DNA from: Chloroflexota bacterium
GTDB taxonomy: Bacteria; Chloroflexota; Dehalococcoidia; Dehalococcoidales; RBG-16-60-22
Assembly: GCA_016190695.1 (NCBI GenBank)
Contig: JACPQC010000020.1
Location: forward strand, 19,907-83,906
Reading direction: 5' to 3'
DNA: 64,000 nucleotides
The position numbers were made by a program, and so were the translations under genes. Below, piece by piece: positions 18,511 to 28,040 of this stretch. Position 1 is the stretch's first letter, and every line of letters begins with the position of its first letter. Under the pieces are notes generated by a model. The model ran no database searches, was not told where the DNA came from, and saw only the letters and a program-made list of their open reading frames with translations.

Positions 18511-19057
18511 ATTCCCACTCCCTGAAACAGTCCCTGAGCTTGCGCACCGCCCGGTAGAGTATGGTGCCGATGTTCGATTCGGACAGGCCCAGCACCCCGG
18601 CGATCTGCCGGTTGTTCATCTCGGCCCCGAACTTGGAGGAGACTATTTCCTGTTCCTGCCGGGATAGTCTTGCCAGGCAGAACTGGAGCCGCTGAAGCTC
18701 CTCGTTCCTGATGGCCTCCTGCTCCGGGGACGAACCGCCGGGGAGGACATCGCCGGCCTCATCAAGGGCCACTTCATGCCTCCTCGCCCGCCGGCGATAG
18801 TGGTCGATTACCGCGTTGCGGCTGATGGTCAACAGCCAGGTGAGAAATGCCGCCTGGTCGGAATGATAGCGCTGGAAACCGGCAAGTGCCTTTTCAAATA
18901 CGGCGGAGGTCAGGTCTTCGGCCAGTTGCACATCGCTCACCCGGTAATGTATGTACCGGTAGACCGCGGGCAGGTGCTGCTCATAGAGCCTGGCAAAGAC
19001 ACCGGCGGCGGCCGATGTCCCTGCCAGGTCAACGTTTGCTCCTGATTCTCTCACCAC
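18494..19057 (-). CDS. ECF-type RNA polymerase sigma-70 family factor
   Basis: 187 aa. Region 2 (VYRYIHYRV...DLTSAVFEKA) and region 4 HTH (NRQIAGVLGLSESNIGTILYRAVRKLR). GTG start. Confidence 0.85.
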   Translation of the reverse strand: MVRESGANVDLAGTSAAAGVFARLYEQHLPAVYRYIHYRVSDVQLAEDLTSAVFEKALAGFQRYHSDQAAFLTWLLTISRNAVIDHYRRRARRHEVALDEAGDVLPGGSSPEQEAIRNEELQRLQFCLARLSRQEQEIVSSKFGAEMNNRQIAGVLGLSESNIGTILYRAVRKLRDCFREWEYGQGR

Positions 19058-19113
19058 ATGCCTCTTGGCCAGTTCTATCCGTTGCAGCTTTTCGAGGAAT
19101 AAAACCCTTCACT

Positions 19114-19142
19114 ATTCTAACCCTGGCGCCCCCGCCAGTCAA
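19114..19142 (-). promoter_or_regulatory. sigma-70-type promoter upstream of the ECF sigma gene
   Basis: Minus strand: TTGACT (19142-19137), 17-nt spacer, TAGAAT (19119-19114), in the 111-bp gap between the VWA gene and the sigma gene. Confidence 0.3.
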
Positions 19143-19168
19143 AGGGGGTCTCCACATTGTCCTCCCGG

Positions 19169-20977
19169 CTACTTTGCGCCGGTCAGCCTGTCCAGGATTT
19201 CAACCTCCCGGGACAGGCTATCATCGCCGATGCCGCTCATCTCCTGCTCGAAATAGGCGCGGAACTGGTCGAACAGCTTCCGGTAAGGCTCGGCGACGGT
19301 GAGCGGCAACGACTGGCGCTCCCAGCGGCCCAGGGTCACCGGCGGGACGGGGATGCCTCTCCAGTCGTCCACTTTCGGCTCCCAGGGCCGGCCGAAACCG
19401 GCATGCTCACGCTCGTCGATCATCCAGTTCTTCAGGAGGTCGGCATAGCGGGACAGGAGCACGCCCTTCCTGATGCCGTTGTTGGCGAAGAACTCCGGGG
19501 CGCGGTCGGGCAACTCGACCACGGCCTCGCTGGCGTCTTTTCTGCCGTTGCGGTCTTCGTAGCTGGCCTTCAACATCAGGCTGCCTCCTGAGCCGGTGCG
19601 GCGCAGCTTCAGCAGTATCAGGCCGCCCCTGGTCTCCTCCGCCTGTCTCTTCGACGGGAACAGGGTGTTGACCTTCATCAGCTCCCCGGTGGCCTCGCTG
19701 GCCTCGGGGCTGCCGTAGACCTTCTCGATGTCCCAGCCGTCCGCCTGCAAGGTCAGCCGGAGGTCGAACACCAGCGGGGTCACCATGTACTCGAACTCGT
19801 CATCCATGCGCTGCTTGAACTGCCCCGCCGAGTGCACCGAGTAGTAGTTGGCCCCCCTTATCTTGGTGATATATTCGACCAGCTCCGTGTTGAAATCCAC
19901 GCCGATGCCGATGAAGGTGGCGTAGACCCTGTTACCCGCGTTCTTCCTGGTCAGGCCCAGCAGGCCCTGCTCGCTGGTATCGCCCAGGTTGGGCATGGCG
20001 TCGGTCAGAAAGATGATGCGGTTCTCATACTCGGAAGGATCGACGCCGGCAAGCTCGCTGTACACCCCGCTGGCCATGCGCATCCCGGAGTCCAGATTGG
20101 TGCCGCCGCTGGCGGATATCTCCAGGACGTGGTCTTTTATGGCCTGCATGTCGGTATCGCCCACCAGGTTCAACGGCTTGGCCAGGAAAGCATTGTTATT
20201 GAACAGCACCATGCCGAAGCGGTCATCGTCCTCCAGGTGGTCCAGCAGGGCGACGACGGCCTCGGTGGCGATCTGTATCTTTCTCTTGCCAGCTTCTTCT
20301 CCGGCAAGCTGCACCCTCTTACCGAACTGGTCATAGTAATACTGGTTGAAAGGACTGCCCATAGACCCGGAAACGTCCAGAACGATGACCAGGTTCAGCT
20401 TCTTTCTCTGGGAATCGCTCTCCTTCATGCCTGAGTTCAGGCCCACCGCCAGGTAGTACTCCCTTTCGCCGGAGAAGGGGTCGGCGGTCACGGCGTAGCT
20501 GTAAGAGGGAGAGAACAGCTTCTCAGACTGTCCGGTCTGCCCGGTATCGAAATAGTAGTCGTAGAACAGCCCCTCGTAGGTCACATCCGTGGGCAGGGGG
20601 AGATAGCCGTTCCTGATGTTCTCCCGGAAGTTGTTGATGTCCTTAGCGCCGCCGGCGGCCAGCCCGATGTTCCCCGCACTGGAAGCCGGCGCTGGCATAG
20701 GCGCTGGGGCTGGCGCAGGAGCCGGTCGCGGTGCGGGAGCAGGAGCGGGAGCCGGAACGCCCGGTCTGGGGGCCGGTGCTGGTGCCGGTGCGGGGGTTGG
20801 AGTTGGAGCAGGCGCAGGTGTGAGTGGCGGCTGGATAATCCAGTCATCGACCCTGACCTGGGGGGTGTCCTGGGGTTCCTCCACTTCCGGGGCGCAGGCC
20901 ATACTGAACAGCAGGACCAGAGACATGACCGCAGTGACAGCGAGATAGACGCCTCTGTTTCTGGATAGCCTTTTCAT
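19169..20977 (-). CDS. VWA-domain lipoprotein (YfbK-like architecture)
   Basis: 602 aa. Lipobox FSMAC, PAPAPTP linker. NNFRENIRNGYLPLPTDVTYEGLFYDYYF N-domain. MIDAS motif VLDVSGSMG. Confidence 0.7.
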   Translation of the reverse strand: MKRLSRNRGVYLAVTAVMSLVLLFSMACAPEVEEPQDTPQVRVDDWIIQPPLTPAPAPTPTPAPAPAPAPRPGVPAPAPAPAPRPAPAPAPAPMPAPASSAGNIGLAAGGAKDINNFRENIRNGYLPLPTDVTYEGLFYDYYFDTGQTGQSEKLFSPSYSYAVTADPFSGEREYYLAVGLNSGMKESDSQRKKLNLVIVLDVSGSMGSPFNQYYYDQFGKRVQLAGEEAGKRKIQIATEAVVALLDHLEDDDRFGMVLFNNNAFLAKPLNLVGDTDMQAIKDHVLEISASGGTNLDSGMRMASGVYSELAGVDPSEYENRIIFLTDAMPNLGDTSEQGLLGLTRKNAGNRVYATFIGIGVDFNTELVEYITKIRGANYYSVHSAGQFKQRMDDEFEYMVTPLVFDLRLTLQADGWDIEKVYGSPEASEATGELMKVNTLFPSKRQAEETRGGLILLKLRRTGSGGSLMLKASYEDRNGRKDASEAVVELPDRAPEFFANNGIRKGVLLSRYADLLKNWMIDEREHAGFGRPWEPKVDDWRGIPVPPVTLGRWERQSLPLTVAEPYRKLFDQFRAYFEQEMSGIGDDSLSREVEILDRLTGAK

Positions 20978-21231
20978 AGAATGCCCTCCTTTTCATTTCG
21001 TTCCGTTATCTATTTATACGCTGGAACAGGAAAAGTATCACAGCATCCTGATAACGGAAGATGAAAAGGGCTGGTGGGGGGACTGGCTGACCTAGGAAAC
21101 GGGACTTTTTTATAGCTATCCGTCGCCTCGTAATGCCGCACCAGGCGCGTCAAACCTTCCGGCTTTTTCATACTATCCCCCCATAAAACAGGCTGACTAA
21201 GCCGCTTTCAATATGGTAGACTATGTCATGA

Positions 21232-21954
21232 ATGGTCAAAGTCCCTGAACCAGGGCAAGCGAAAGAACAGCTTACCCGTGCTGCAGTCCGAAGCTGGGGC
21301 GAAGTGGTACCGATGACGGGATACGAGAGATTATCTTACCAGTTGGAGCAAGCGCTGCTGGCGCTGGACCGCCTGGTTGTGAAACAAATTCTGGCCGAGT
21401 CCGGCCAAGCCGGCAACATTTTCGAGTTCACGGACAGGGTAATCGTGCCGGCAATGGAAATGATGGGCGAAGGCTGGGAGCAGGGGACCATTGCCCTGTC
21501 ACAGTACTACATGAGTTCCCGCATCCTTGAAGAGACCCTGTCTGCGCTCTTGCCGTCAGGCACATCCCCCCAGAGACCGCATCAGAAGATGGCAATTACC
21601 ATATTGAACGATTACCACGCCCTGGGCAAACGCATCGTGTCCTCGGCCCTCCAGGTAAACGGCTTCAGGCTTACAGACTACGGCAGGAGAGAAGTGGATG
21701 AGCTGGCTGAGGCCGTGAAAGAGGACGGAATCCGCGTTCTCCTGGTATCCGTGCTGATGCTGCCTTCGGCGTTGCTGGTGAAACAGTTGCGGCGAAGGCT
21801 GGACGAGATGGCCTGCCCCACCAAAATTGTCGTTGGAGGGGCACCGTTCCGATTCGACGGGCAACTGTGGCGCGAGGTGGGCGCCGATGCCATGGGAAAG
21901 ACCGCCTCAGAAGCCGTCGAGATTGTAACTGAGTTAGCCGTGGAGTCCGGGTAA
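21232..21954 (+). CDS. cobalamin (B12)-binding corrinoid protein
   Basis: 240 aa. DxHxxG = DYHALG, then LLVSVLM and VVGGAP. The true start may be ATG 21313 (MTGYERL). Confidence 0.75.
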   Translation: MVKVPEPGQAKEQLTRAAVRSWGEVVPMTGYERLSYQLEQALLALDRLVVKQILAESGQAGNIFEFTDRVIVPAMEMMGEGWEQGTIALSQYYMSSRILEETLSALLPSGTSPQRPHQKMAITILNDYHALGKRIVSSALQVNGFRLTDYGRREVDELAEAVKEDGIRVLLVSVLMLPSALLVKQLRRRLDEMACPTKIVVGGAPFRFDGQLWREVGADAMGKTASEAVEIVTELAVESG

Positions 21955-23015
21955 TGTCGACCGAGATGACGTCAGGGCAACGGGTGGTCATGGCCCTCGG
22001 CCACAAAGAGCCTGACAGGGTCCCCTTCTTCCTGCCGGCCAGCTTTTACCCTGCCAGGGAGATGGGCATATCTATCCGGGAGTATTTTTCCAGGCCGGAA
22101 AACGTGGTCGAGGGGCAGATGCGCTTCCTTTCCCGGTACCACCACGACATTATCAGCGCCCTATTCTATGCCGCGATCGAGGTGGAGGCGTGGGGCGGCG
22201 AGATAGTCTTTTACGATGACGGCCCTCCCAACGCGGGCGCCCCGTTCATCCGCAAGCCTGAAGACATCTTGCGCCTGGAACCGCCGAGAATCGGGGATTC
22301 GCCGTGCCTGGTCAAGGTGCTGAGGGCTATTGAAATGCTCAAAGCGAGGGTCGGCGATGAGGTCCCCATAGTCGCGATAGCCGTATCTCCCTTCTCGGCC
22401 CCGCCGATGCAGATGGGTTTTGCCAGCTACTTCGACCTCATGTACGAGCGTCCGGAGCTGTTCGAGCGGCTGATGAGCCTTAATGAGAACTTCTGCGTGG
22501 AATGGGCCAATGCCCAGTTGGAAGCCGGAGCAGCCACCATCTGCTATTTTGACCCGGTGTCCTCTCCTACTATTGTTCCCAGGGAGATATATCTGAAGAC
22601 CGGGTTCCAGATAGCCCGGCGGACCATCAGCCGCATCAAAGGGCCGACCGGCACGCACCTGGCATCGGGGCGCAGTCTGCCCATCCTGGATGACCTGGCA
22701 CAGACCGGGACACTCATCATTGGCACGAGCGCGCTTGAAGACCTCGCCGAAGTAAAGGCGGCCTGCCGGGGGAAACTGACGATACTGGGCAACCTGAACG
22801 CGATAGAGATGCGCCGATGGACGCCAGAGGAGGCGGAGGCGGCGGTAAAGGACGCCATCGCCAAAGCAGGGCCGGGGGGCGGTTTCATCCTGGCTGATAA
22901 TCACGGTGAAATTCCCTGGCAGGTGCCCGAAGAAGTGCTGGAGTCCATATCTCAGGCAGTCCAGAAATGGGGAGGGTACCCCCTGGACTGGGTGGAAGGC
23001 CATAATGGCGGGTAG
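21954..23015 (+). CDS. uroporphyrinogen decarboxylase (URO-D) family methyltransferase, MtaA/CmuA-like
   Basis: 353 aa. Start overlaps the upstream stop (TAATG). N-terminal EPDRVPFF and overall URO-D family look. Context next to a corrinoid protein. Confidence 0.7.
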   Translation: MSTEMTSGQRVVMALGHKEPDRVPFFLPASFYPAREMGISIREYFSRPENVVEGQMRFLSRYHHDIISALFYAAIEVEAWGGEIVFYDDGPPNAGAPFIRKPEDILRLEPPRIGDSPCLVKVLRAIEMLKARVGDEVPIVAIAVSPFSAPPMQMGFASYFDLMYERPELFERLMSLNENFCVEWANAQLEAGAATICYFDPVSSPTIVPREIYLKTGFQIARRTISRIKGPTGTHLASGRSLPILDDLAQTGTLIIGTSALEDLAEVKAACRGKLTILGNLNAIEMRRWTPEEAEAAVKDAIAKAGPGGGFILADNHGEIPWQVPEEVLESISQAVQKWGGYPLDWVEGHNGG

Positions 23016-24819
23016 ACTTTGCTTTCTGGCGTGCGAGAACTTCCAGACCGAGGTCCAGGCTGTAATAGAGCCTGATAAATATGAAGATGTGGCGCTGGCG
23101 GTCTTCCCCGCCGACTGTGACCGGCCAGGGACAGTCCCAGTCATCATGAGCATTCTGCAGGACTGCAAGCGCCAATATGACCGGGTCTACTTGCTGGGCG
23201 GGTGCTGTACCGCCGGATTAAAGGAGAAGTGGGGGGAGCCGGGGGTATATCCCTCATTCCTGCCGGAGCAGTGTTTCTATCACCTCCAGGGCAAAACCTT
23301 GGTGGACTTATACCTGGGCAGAGGCTGCCACCTGGTCACTCCGGGCTGGGTGGGACGCTGGCGGCAATATGCAGACGCCTGGGGCTTCGAGCCGGAGACC
23401 GCCCGCGAGTTCTTCAGGGAGACCGCTTCCCGGATAACGATGCTTGACACCGGGGTGAGCGCCACGGCTGAAGAAGACCTGAGGGAATTTGCCGCTTTCG
23501 CCGGGTTGCCCTGCGAGGCGGCGCCGGTGGGGCTGGACTTCCTCCGTTCCCTGCTGCGGCAGGCTGTGCTTGAGTGGCATTTGGACGGCGCAAAAGCTGG
23601 CCTGATCCCGTCCGGTGCGCCCCGTACCGCCGACTACGCCATGGCCCTTGACCTGGCCGGGGCGCTTACCCGTCCCGTTGTCGAGAGAGAGGCCGTCGAG
23701 AACATCTTCGATATGTTCGCCAGCCTGTTCGCGCCGCAGACCATGTCCTATCTCCACATGAACGACGGCACGCCTGGAGAAATCTACACGCGGAGCAAAG
23801 CGCCGCTTGACCGGGCAGCAACCAGGGAACGGTTGTCCCGGTTCACCGCGGACTCCGCTTGGACCGAGTCCGGCGCCGGGTTCGTCATCCGCATCGGGGG
23901 GCAATCCCGCACCCTGGGAGTTATTGAGATTGACGGGGTCTCCTTTCCAGAGCACCGGGAACGCTATCTCAACCTGGCGCTGGCGTTGAACCACGTCTGC
24001 AACATGGCCATCCAGAACGCCCGAACATACGAGAGCCTTGAGGAGGCAAAGAGGCAGGTCCAGGAGGCGAAAGACAGGCTCCAAACCTATGCCGATTCCG
24101 TTCAAGGGCTTAACGAAGAGTTGAACCACCATGCTGCCGAACTCGAAGCATCCAACAGGGAACTGGAGACTTTTGCCTATTCTGTTTCCCACGACCTGAG
24201 AGCCCCTTTGAGGAGCATGGAAGGCTATTCCAGCATGCTCCTTGAAGACTATGGCGACAGGCTGGACGAAGAAGCGAAAAAATACCTGGGGTACATCAAG
24301 GAGTCAAGCGACCTCATGGGACAGCTCATTGATGACCTGCTGAAGCTTTCGCAGGTAACCCGTAGCGATATGAGCTATGAAATGGTCGATATGAGCGAAC
24401 TAGCCAAGAAGATAGTAGCCGAGTTAGAGAAAACAGAACCGGAACGCAAGGTGGAAGTGACCATCGCCGCCGGCCTCACCGTCTGCGGTGATTTCAATTT
24501 GCTGCGCGTAGCCCTTGAAAACCTGCTGGGCAACGCCTGGAAGTTCACCGGCAAGACCGCGTCACCGCGGATTGAAGTAGGCTCCGCTGACCGCAACGGA
24601 AAGCAGTGCTATTTCGTGCGTGATAACGGAGTTGGCTTCAACATGGCCTACGCTGACAAGCTGTTCAAACCGTTCCAGCGGCTGCACAAGGCCAGTGAGT
24701 TCAGCGGGACCGGGATCGGCCTGGCCACGGTGCAGCGCATTATCCGCCGGCACGGGGGCGAGGTCTGGGCGGAAAGCAAGGCCGGGGGAGGCGCCGTCTT
24801 TTATTTTACTTTGGGTTGA
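23005..24819 (+). CDS. cytoplasmic histidine kinase with N-terminal DUF1638-like Cys-rich module and GAF-like domain
   Basis: ORF 22906..24819, start moved to ATG 23005 (MAGRLCFLACENF), an 11-nt overlap with the upstream gene. H-box FAYSVSHDLRAPL. N/G boxes LLGNAWKF, DNGVGF, GTGIGL. No TM helix. Confidence 0.7.
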   Translation: MAGRLCFLACENFQTEVQAVIEPDKYEDVALAVFPADCDRPGTVPVIMSILQDCKRQYDRVYLLGGCCTAGLKEKWGEPGVYPSFLPEQCFYHLQGKTLVDLYLGRGCHLVTPGWVGRWRQYADAWGFEPETAREFFRETASRITMLDTGVSATAEEDLREFAAFAGLPCEAAPVGLDFLRSLLRQAVLEWHLDGAKAGLIPSGAPRTADYAMALDLAGALTRPVVEREAVENIFDMFASLFAPQTMSYLHMNDGTPGEIYTRSKAPLDRAATRERLSRFTADSAWTESGAGFVIRIGGQSRTLGVIEIDGVSFPEHRERYLNLALALNHVCNMAIQNARTYESLEEAKRQVQEAKDRLQTYADSVQGLNEELNHHAAELEASNRELETFAYSVSHDLRAPLRSMEGYSSMLLEDYGDRLDEEAKKYLGYIKESSDLMGQLIDDLLKLSQVTRSDMSYEMVDMSELAKKIVAELEKTEPERKVEVTIAAGLTVCGDFNLLRVALENLLGNAWKFTGKTASPRIEVGSADRNGKQCYFVRDNGVGFNMAYADKLFKPFQRLHKASEFSGTGIGLATVQRIIRRHGGEVWAESKAGGGAVFYFTLG

Positions 24820-24840
24820 TGGGGGGGACGGGAAATGGCC

Positions 24841-26796
24841 CTACTGAAATTGCAACTGTCGCCTCGCTGCCAATGCCGCCCGCCATTGCCAGAAGACTGC
24901 TATCCCCAGCATGGCGGCGCCAATGATATCTGTGGTCACGCCCGGCACGACCATGACCACACCCCCAATGATGAACAGCAGACGTTGCGGCCAGTTGGTA
25001 TGGCGGAACAAATAGCCTTCTATACCCACTGACAGGCCAAAGATACCGATAATGGCAGTCACTGCCGCCAGTACTATCTCTCCTGCGTCTCCGAGTAATA
25101 TCAGTGCCGGATTGTAGACAATAATGAATGGTACCAAGAAAGTGACTATACCCAGCCGCATAGCTTGAAAGCCGATGCGAAATGGCGGCGCTCCGGCAAT
25201 GCCGCTTGCCACGAAGGCCGCCGTACAAAATGGTGGGGTAAAATTGGTTGCGGTTACCATGTACAGTATAAAAAAGTGAGACACTACCAGTGGTAAGCCA
25301 AGCTCCTTCAAAGCTGGCGCCACCAGGGCTGCTACCAGGATAAAGGCGGCAGTAAGAGATATACCCATGCCCATGATGTAGCATGCTACGCCGGCCAGAA
25401 GCACCAGGAGCAACATGTTGCCCGCCGAGAAAGTGACCAGGCCGGCAGATAACTTGAGCCCAACGCCAGTTATTGACAGGACGGCCAGGATTACAGAGGC
25501 AAGAGCGATGACGTTGGCCACGGAAAGTGTTAACCTCATCCCCCCTTCCAGGCTATCAATGAAACGTGCTAAGGTAATCCTGTGTCTCTTTCGGAACATG
25601 CTCACCGCAACAAGGGAGACTATGGTATAGATGGCGGACAATTCCGCAGGGTATTTCATGATAAACAACAAAACTATTAGAATGATAAAAGGGATAAGGA
25701 GCTCATAACTCTCAGCGATTGCCATCCTGGCTGAGGGTAACTGCTCTCGTGACAGGCCCTTGAGACCGACTTTGCACGCGTGCAGGTGCACCTGTACATA
25801 CAGGCTGACAAAATAGAGGACAGCCGGCAAGAAAGCTAACATGGCTACCGATGCATAGGTAGTGCCCAGCATAATCGCCATTATGAACGCGGCGCCTCCC
25901 ATTATGGGCGGGGCAATCATCCCCCCGGTAGAAGCTATGGCCTCTATGGCCCCGGCGTAATAAGGTTTATAGCCGATCGACTTCATCATGGGAATAGTCA
26001 CGGAACCGGTAACAGCCACGTTTGCCGCCGGGCTTCCCGACAATGTTCCAAAGAGGGCGCTGCCCACCACTGCTGCTTTAGCAGGGCCGCCTCTCATTGT
26101 GCCCGTAGTGCCAAGCGCAATGTCCAGGAAGAACTTGCCACCTCCGCTGGCGACAAAGAAAACCCCGAAAGTGACGAAGGTTATGATGATCGTGCCGGAG
26201 AGACCAGTCAGGCTGCCGAAAACACCTTCGAAAGAAAGGTAAATGTCGGAGGTCAGCATCGACCAGCTAAAGTAGTAAACGCCGAGCGGCCCTGGTATCA
26301 GGTAGCCGAACTTGGCGTATAGCAGGAAAGCCAGTGTGATAATTATCATGGCCCAGCCGAAGCTACGCCTCACCGCCTCCATCAGCACCAGTACCGTGAT
26401 GCCAGCCAGGCCTATCTCAAGCGGTGTGCCTCTCAGCGTGCCATAATAGCTGAGTTCCCTGGCATTTATTACGATATAAACAGTCCCGGCGAGAGTGCCC
26501 AGTATGAGCAAAACATCGTACCACGGCACCTTGCCTCTGGGGGCCTTCTTGCTGGCTGGGACCAGGATAAAGGTGAGGACCAGTACCGTAGCCATGAATA
26601 TGGCGTTGAACTCGTTACGAAAGAAGAAAACGCCAAAATAGAAAAAGACCCCGGCGACGTCAAGAAGAGCAAAGAGACATCCAGCAGCAGCAAACACTTT
26701 CACCAGTATTGCTGCAATTCCCCTGAACTGCCTGAACTCTCCAACTTCCGCCGCCGGGAGTCCTTTCCCGATTGGCTCGCTATTCCCTAACTGCAT
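24841..26796 (-). CDS. TRAP transporter fused permease (TAXI-associated type)
   Basis: 651 aa, highly hydrophobic, many TM helices. Size and adjacency to a TAXI-like binding protein fit the fused 4TM/12TM permease. Confidence 0.75.
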   Translation of the reverse strand: MQLGNSEPIGKGLPAAEVGEFRQFRGIAAILVKVFAAAGCLFALLDVAGVFFYFGVFFFRNEFNAIFMATVLVLTFILVPASKKAPRGKVPWYDVLLILGTLAGTVYIVINARELSYYGTLRGTPLEIGLAGITVLVLMEAVRRSFGWAMIIITLAFLLYAKFGYLIPGPLGVYYFSWSMLTSDIYLSFEGVFGSLTGLSGTIIITFVTFGVFFVASGGGKFFLDIALGTTGTMRGGPAKAAVVGSALFGTLSGSPAANVAVTGSVTIPMMKSIGYKPYYAGAIEAIASTGGMIAPPIMGGAAFIMAIMLGTTYASVAMLAFLPAVLYFVSLYVQVHLHACKVGLKGLSREQLPSARMAIAESYELLIPFIILIVLLFIMKYPAELSAIYTIVSLVAVSMFRKRHRITLARFIDSLEGGMRLTLSVANVIALASVILAVLSITGVGLKLSAGLVTFSAGNMLLLVLLAGVACYIMGMGISLTAAFILVAALVAPALKELGLPLVVSHFFILYMVTATNFTPPFCTAAFVASGIAGAPPFRIGFQAMRLGIVTFLVPFIIVYNPALILLGDAGEIVLAAVTAIIGIFGLSVGIEGYLFRHTNWPQRLLFIIGGVVMVVPGVTTDIIGAAMLGIAVFWQWRAALAARRQLQFQ

Positions 26797-26848
26797 GTAC
26801 TAAAGACCCAAACTGAACAACAATTAGAGCCGGTGCTACTGATATCTT

Positions 26849-27931
26849 TTACTTTGTAGCACCTATCTTTTGCAGGGCTGCTTTCTGGCTGTCTTCCATC
26901 GCCGGCGTCCACATCCCTGCTTCTTTGAGCGCCTTCACTGCCCCTTCGTGATACGGGATGGGTGAGGGAGTCTTGACAACGTCCGGGCCGAAATCAGCCA
27001 GTGAATTATGCAAACCCTTCATTGCTTCGGCATTGTCAAGCCAGGCCTTGGTATAGATATATATCATCTCCGCCGATGACTGGTCGTGTGCCATGATAAG
27101 CCCCGGGCTTACCATCACGGGCACGGCCTTTTCTACCTGTACATGGGGGAGCCATCCAGGCTGCATGTACGTGGTGGACAGGTCATCGAAATCACCCGGA
27201 TGTTTCTGCTTCATCAAGGCGAGCTTTTCAGGCTCGACAGGCAGCGGGCGCAACGGACCGGCCACCTCGGCGGTTGATATCGTGTATGGGTTTCTGAACG
27301 TTCCATAGTTGGCAACAACTTTGCCCAGCCCCAACTGCTTGCCAGCCTCAGGGCTATCAGGCACCTGTACCCAGTCCACGCCTTTTTCCGGATCAATGCC
27401 GTAGGCCTCCAGCAGGCCCTTCTCCCATTTCATGCTGGCGCTTGTTATGTGAGGAAGCTTCTTGCCCGCCAGCTCGGCGATTGTCTTTATTCCTGTCTTG
27501 ACCGGGGTGTAAAAGGTGGTCAAGAAAGTCTGGTAGGCGATAACAGACCGCAGATGAGTTGCCGGGGGCTTGCCGGCGAAATCTTTCCCTGACAGGTAGC
27601 CTTCCATCCAGCTACCCATGTAAGGCCCGCCGATGAGTTCAACTTCCCTGGCTATGCCGGCCTGGACCAGGGGCAGGGCGCCGCCGTAAGACCTGACCGT
27701 TATGTTGAGGTTAGTCCTGCGGTTTACCAGGTCGGATGTCGAAGCGAAGATCGCATATACTTGCCACTGTGCTGGCGGGGCGGCAAACAGGACCGGTATC
27801 TCCTTTGGCGGCGGGGGCGGCGCTGGCGCTGGCGCCGGTGTTGGCGCCGCGGCCGGTGGTTTGGACGCGCAGGCGGAAAGCACTCCGATCAGCAAAATAG
27901 CTGTCACCAGTAGAATGATTACCCGTTTCAT
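26849..27931 (-). CDS. TAXI-family TRAP solute-binding lipoprotein
   Basis: ORF 26849..27970, start moved to ATG 27931 (MKRVIILLV...LSAC lipobox) after a GGGAGG SD. APTPAPAPAPPPPP linker. Periplasmic binding-protein-like body. Confidence 0.6.
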   Translation of the reverse strand: MKRVIILLVTAILLIGVLSACASKPPAAAPTPAPAPAPPPPPKEIPVLFAAPPAQWQVYAIFASTSDLVNRRTNLNITVRSYGGALPLVQAGIAREVELIGGPYMGSWMEGYLSGKDFAGKPPATHLRSVIAYQTFLTTFYTPVKTGIKTIAELAGKKLPHITSASMKWEKGLLEAYGIDPEKGVDWVQVPDSPEAGKQLGLGKVVANYGTFRNPYTISTAEVAGPLRPLPVEPEKLALMKQKHPGDFDDLSTTYMQPGWLPHVQVEKAVPVMVSPGLIMAHDQSSAEMIYIYTKAWLDNAEAMKGLHNSLADFGPDVVKTPSPIPYHEGAVKALKEAGMWTPAMEDSQKAALQKIGATK

Positions 27932-28040
27932 TTGATATGACCTCCCAAAATTGACCCTTTCTTTACCCAAGACCGAAAAATATTAGATCACCTCATCTAC
28001 CACCCCCAATCTGAACTCCACTTAGTGTTTGACAATGGAC

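Noticed and set aside
20978-21231. Cobalamin riboswitch upstream of the B12-binding protein operon. Also looked upstream of 30124.
   Set aside because: I could not find a B12-box-like GCCACTG core or the surrounding conserved helices by eye. This is only a visual check, and an Infernal scan would be decisive.
22906-23004. Upstream extension of the histidine kinase ORF (start at 22906)
   Set aside because: The extension lies wholly inside the URO-D family gene in another frame and encodes a Trp/Cys/Pro-rich peptide. ATG 23005 begins the conserved CFLACENF module and gives a normal short overlap.
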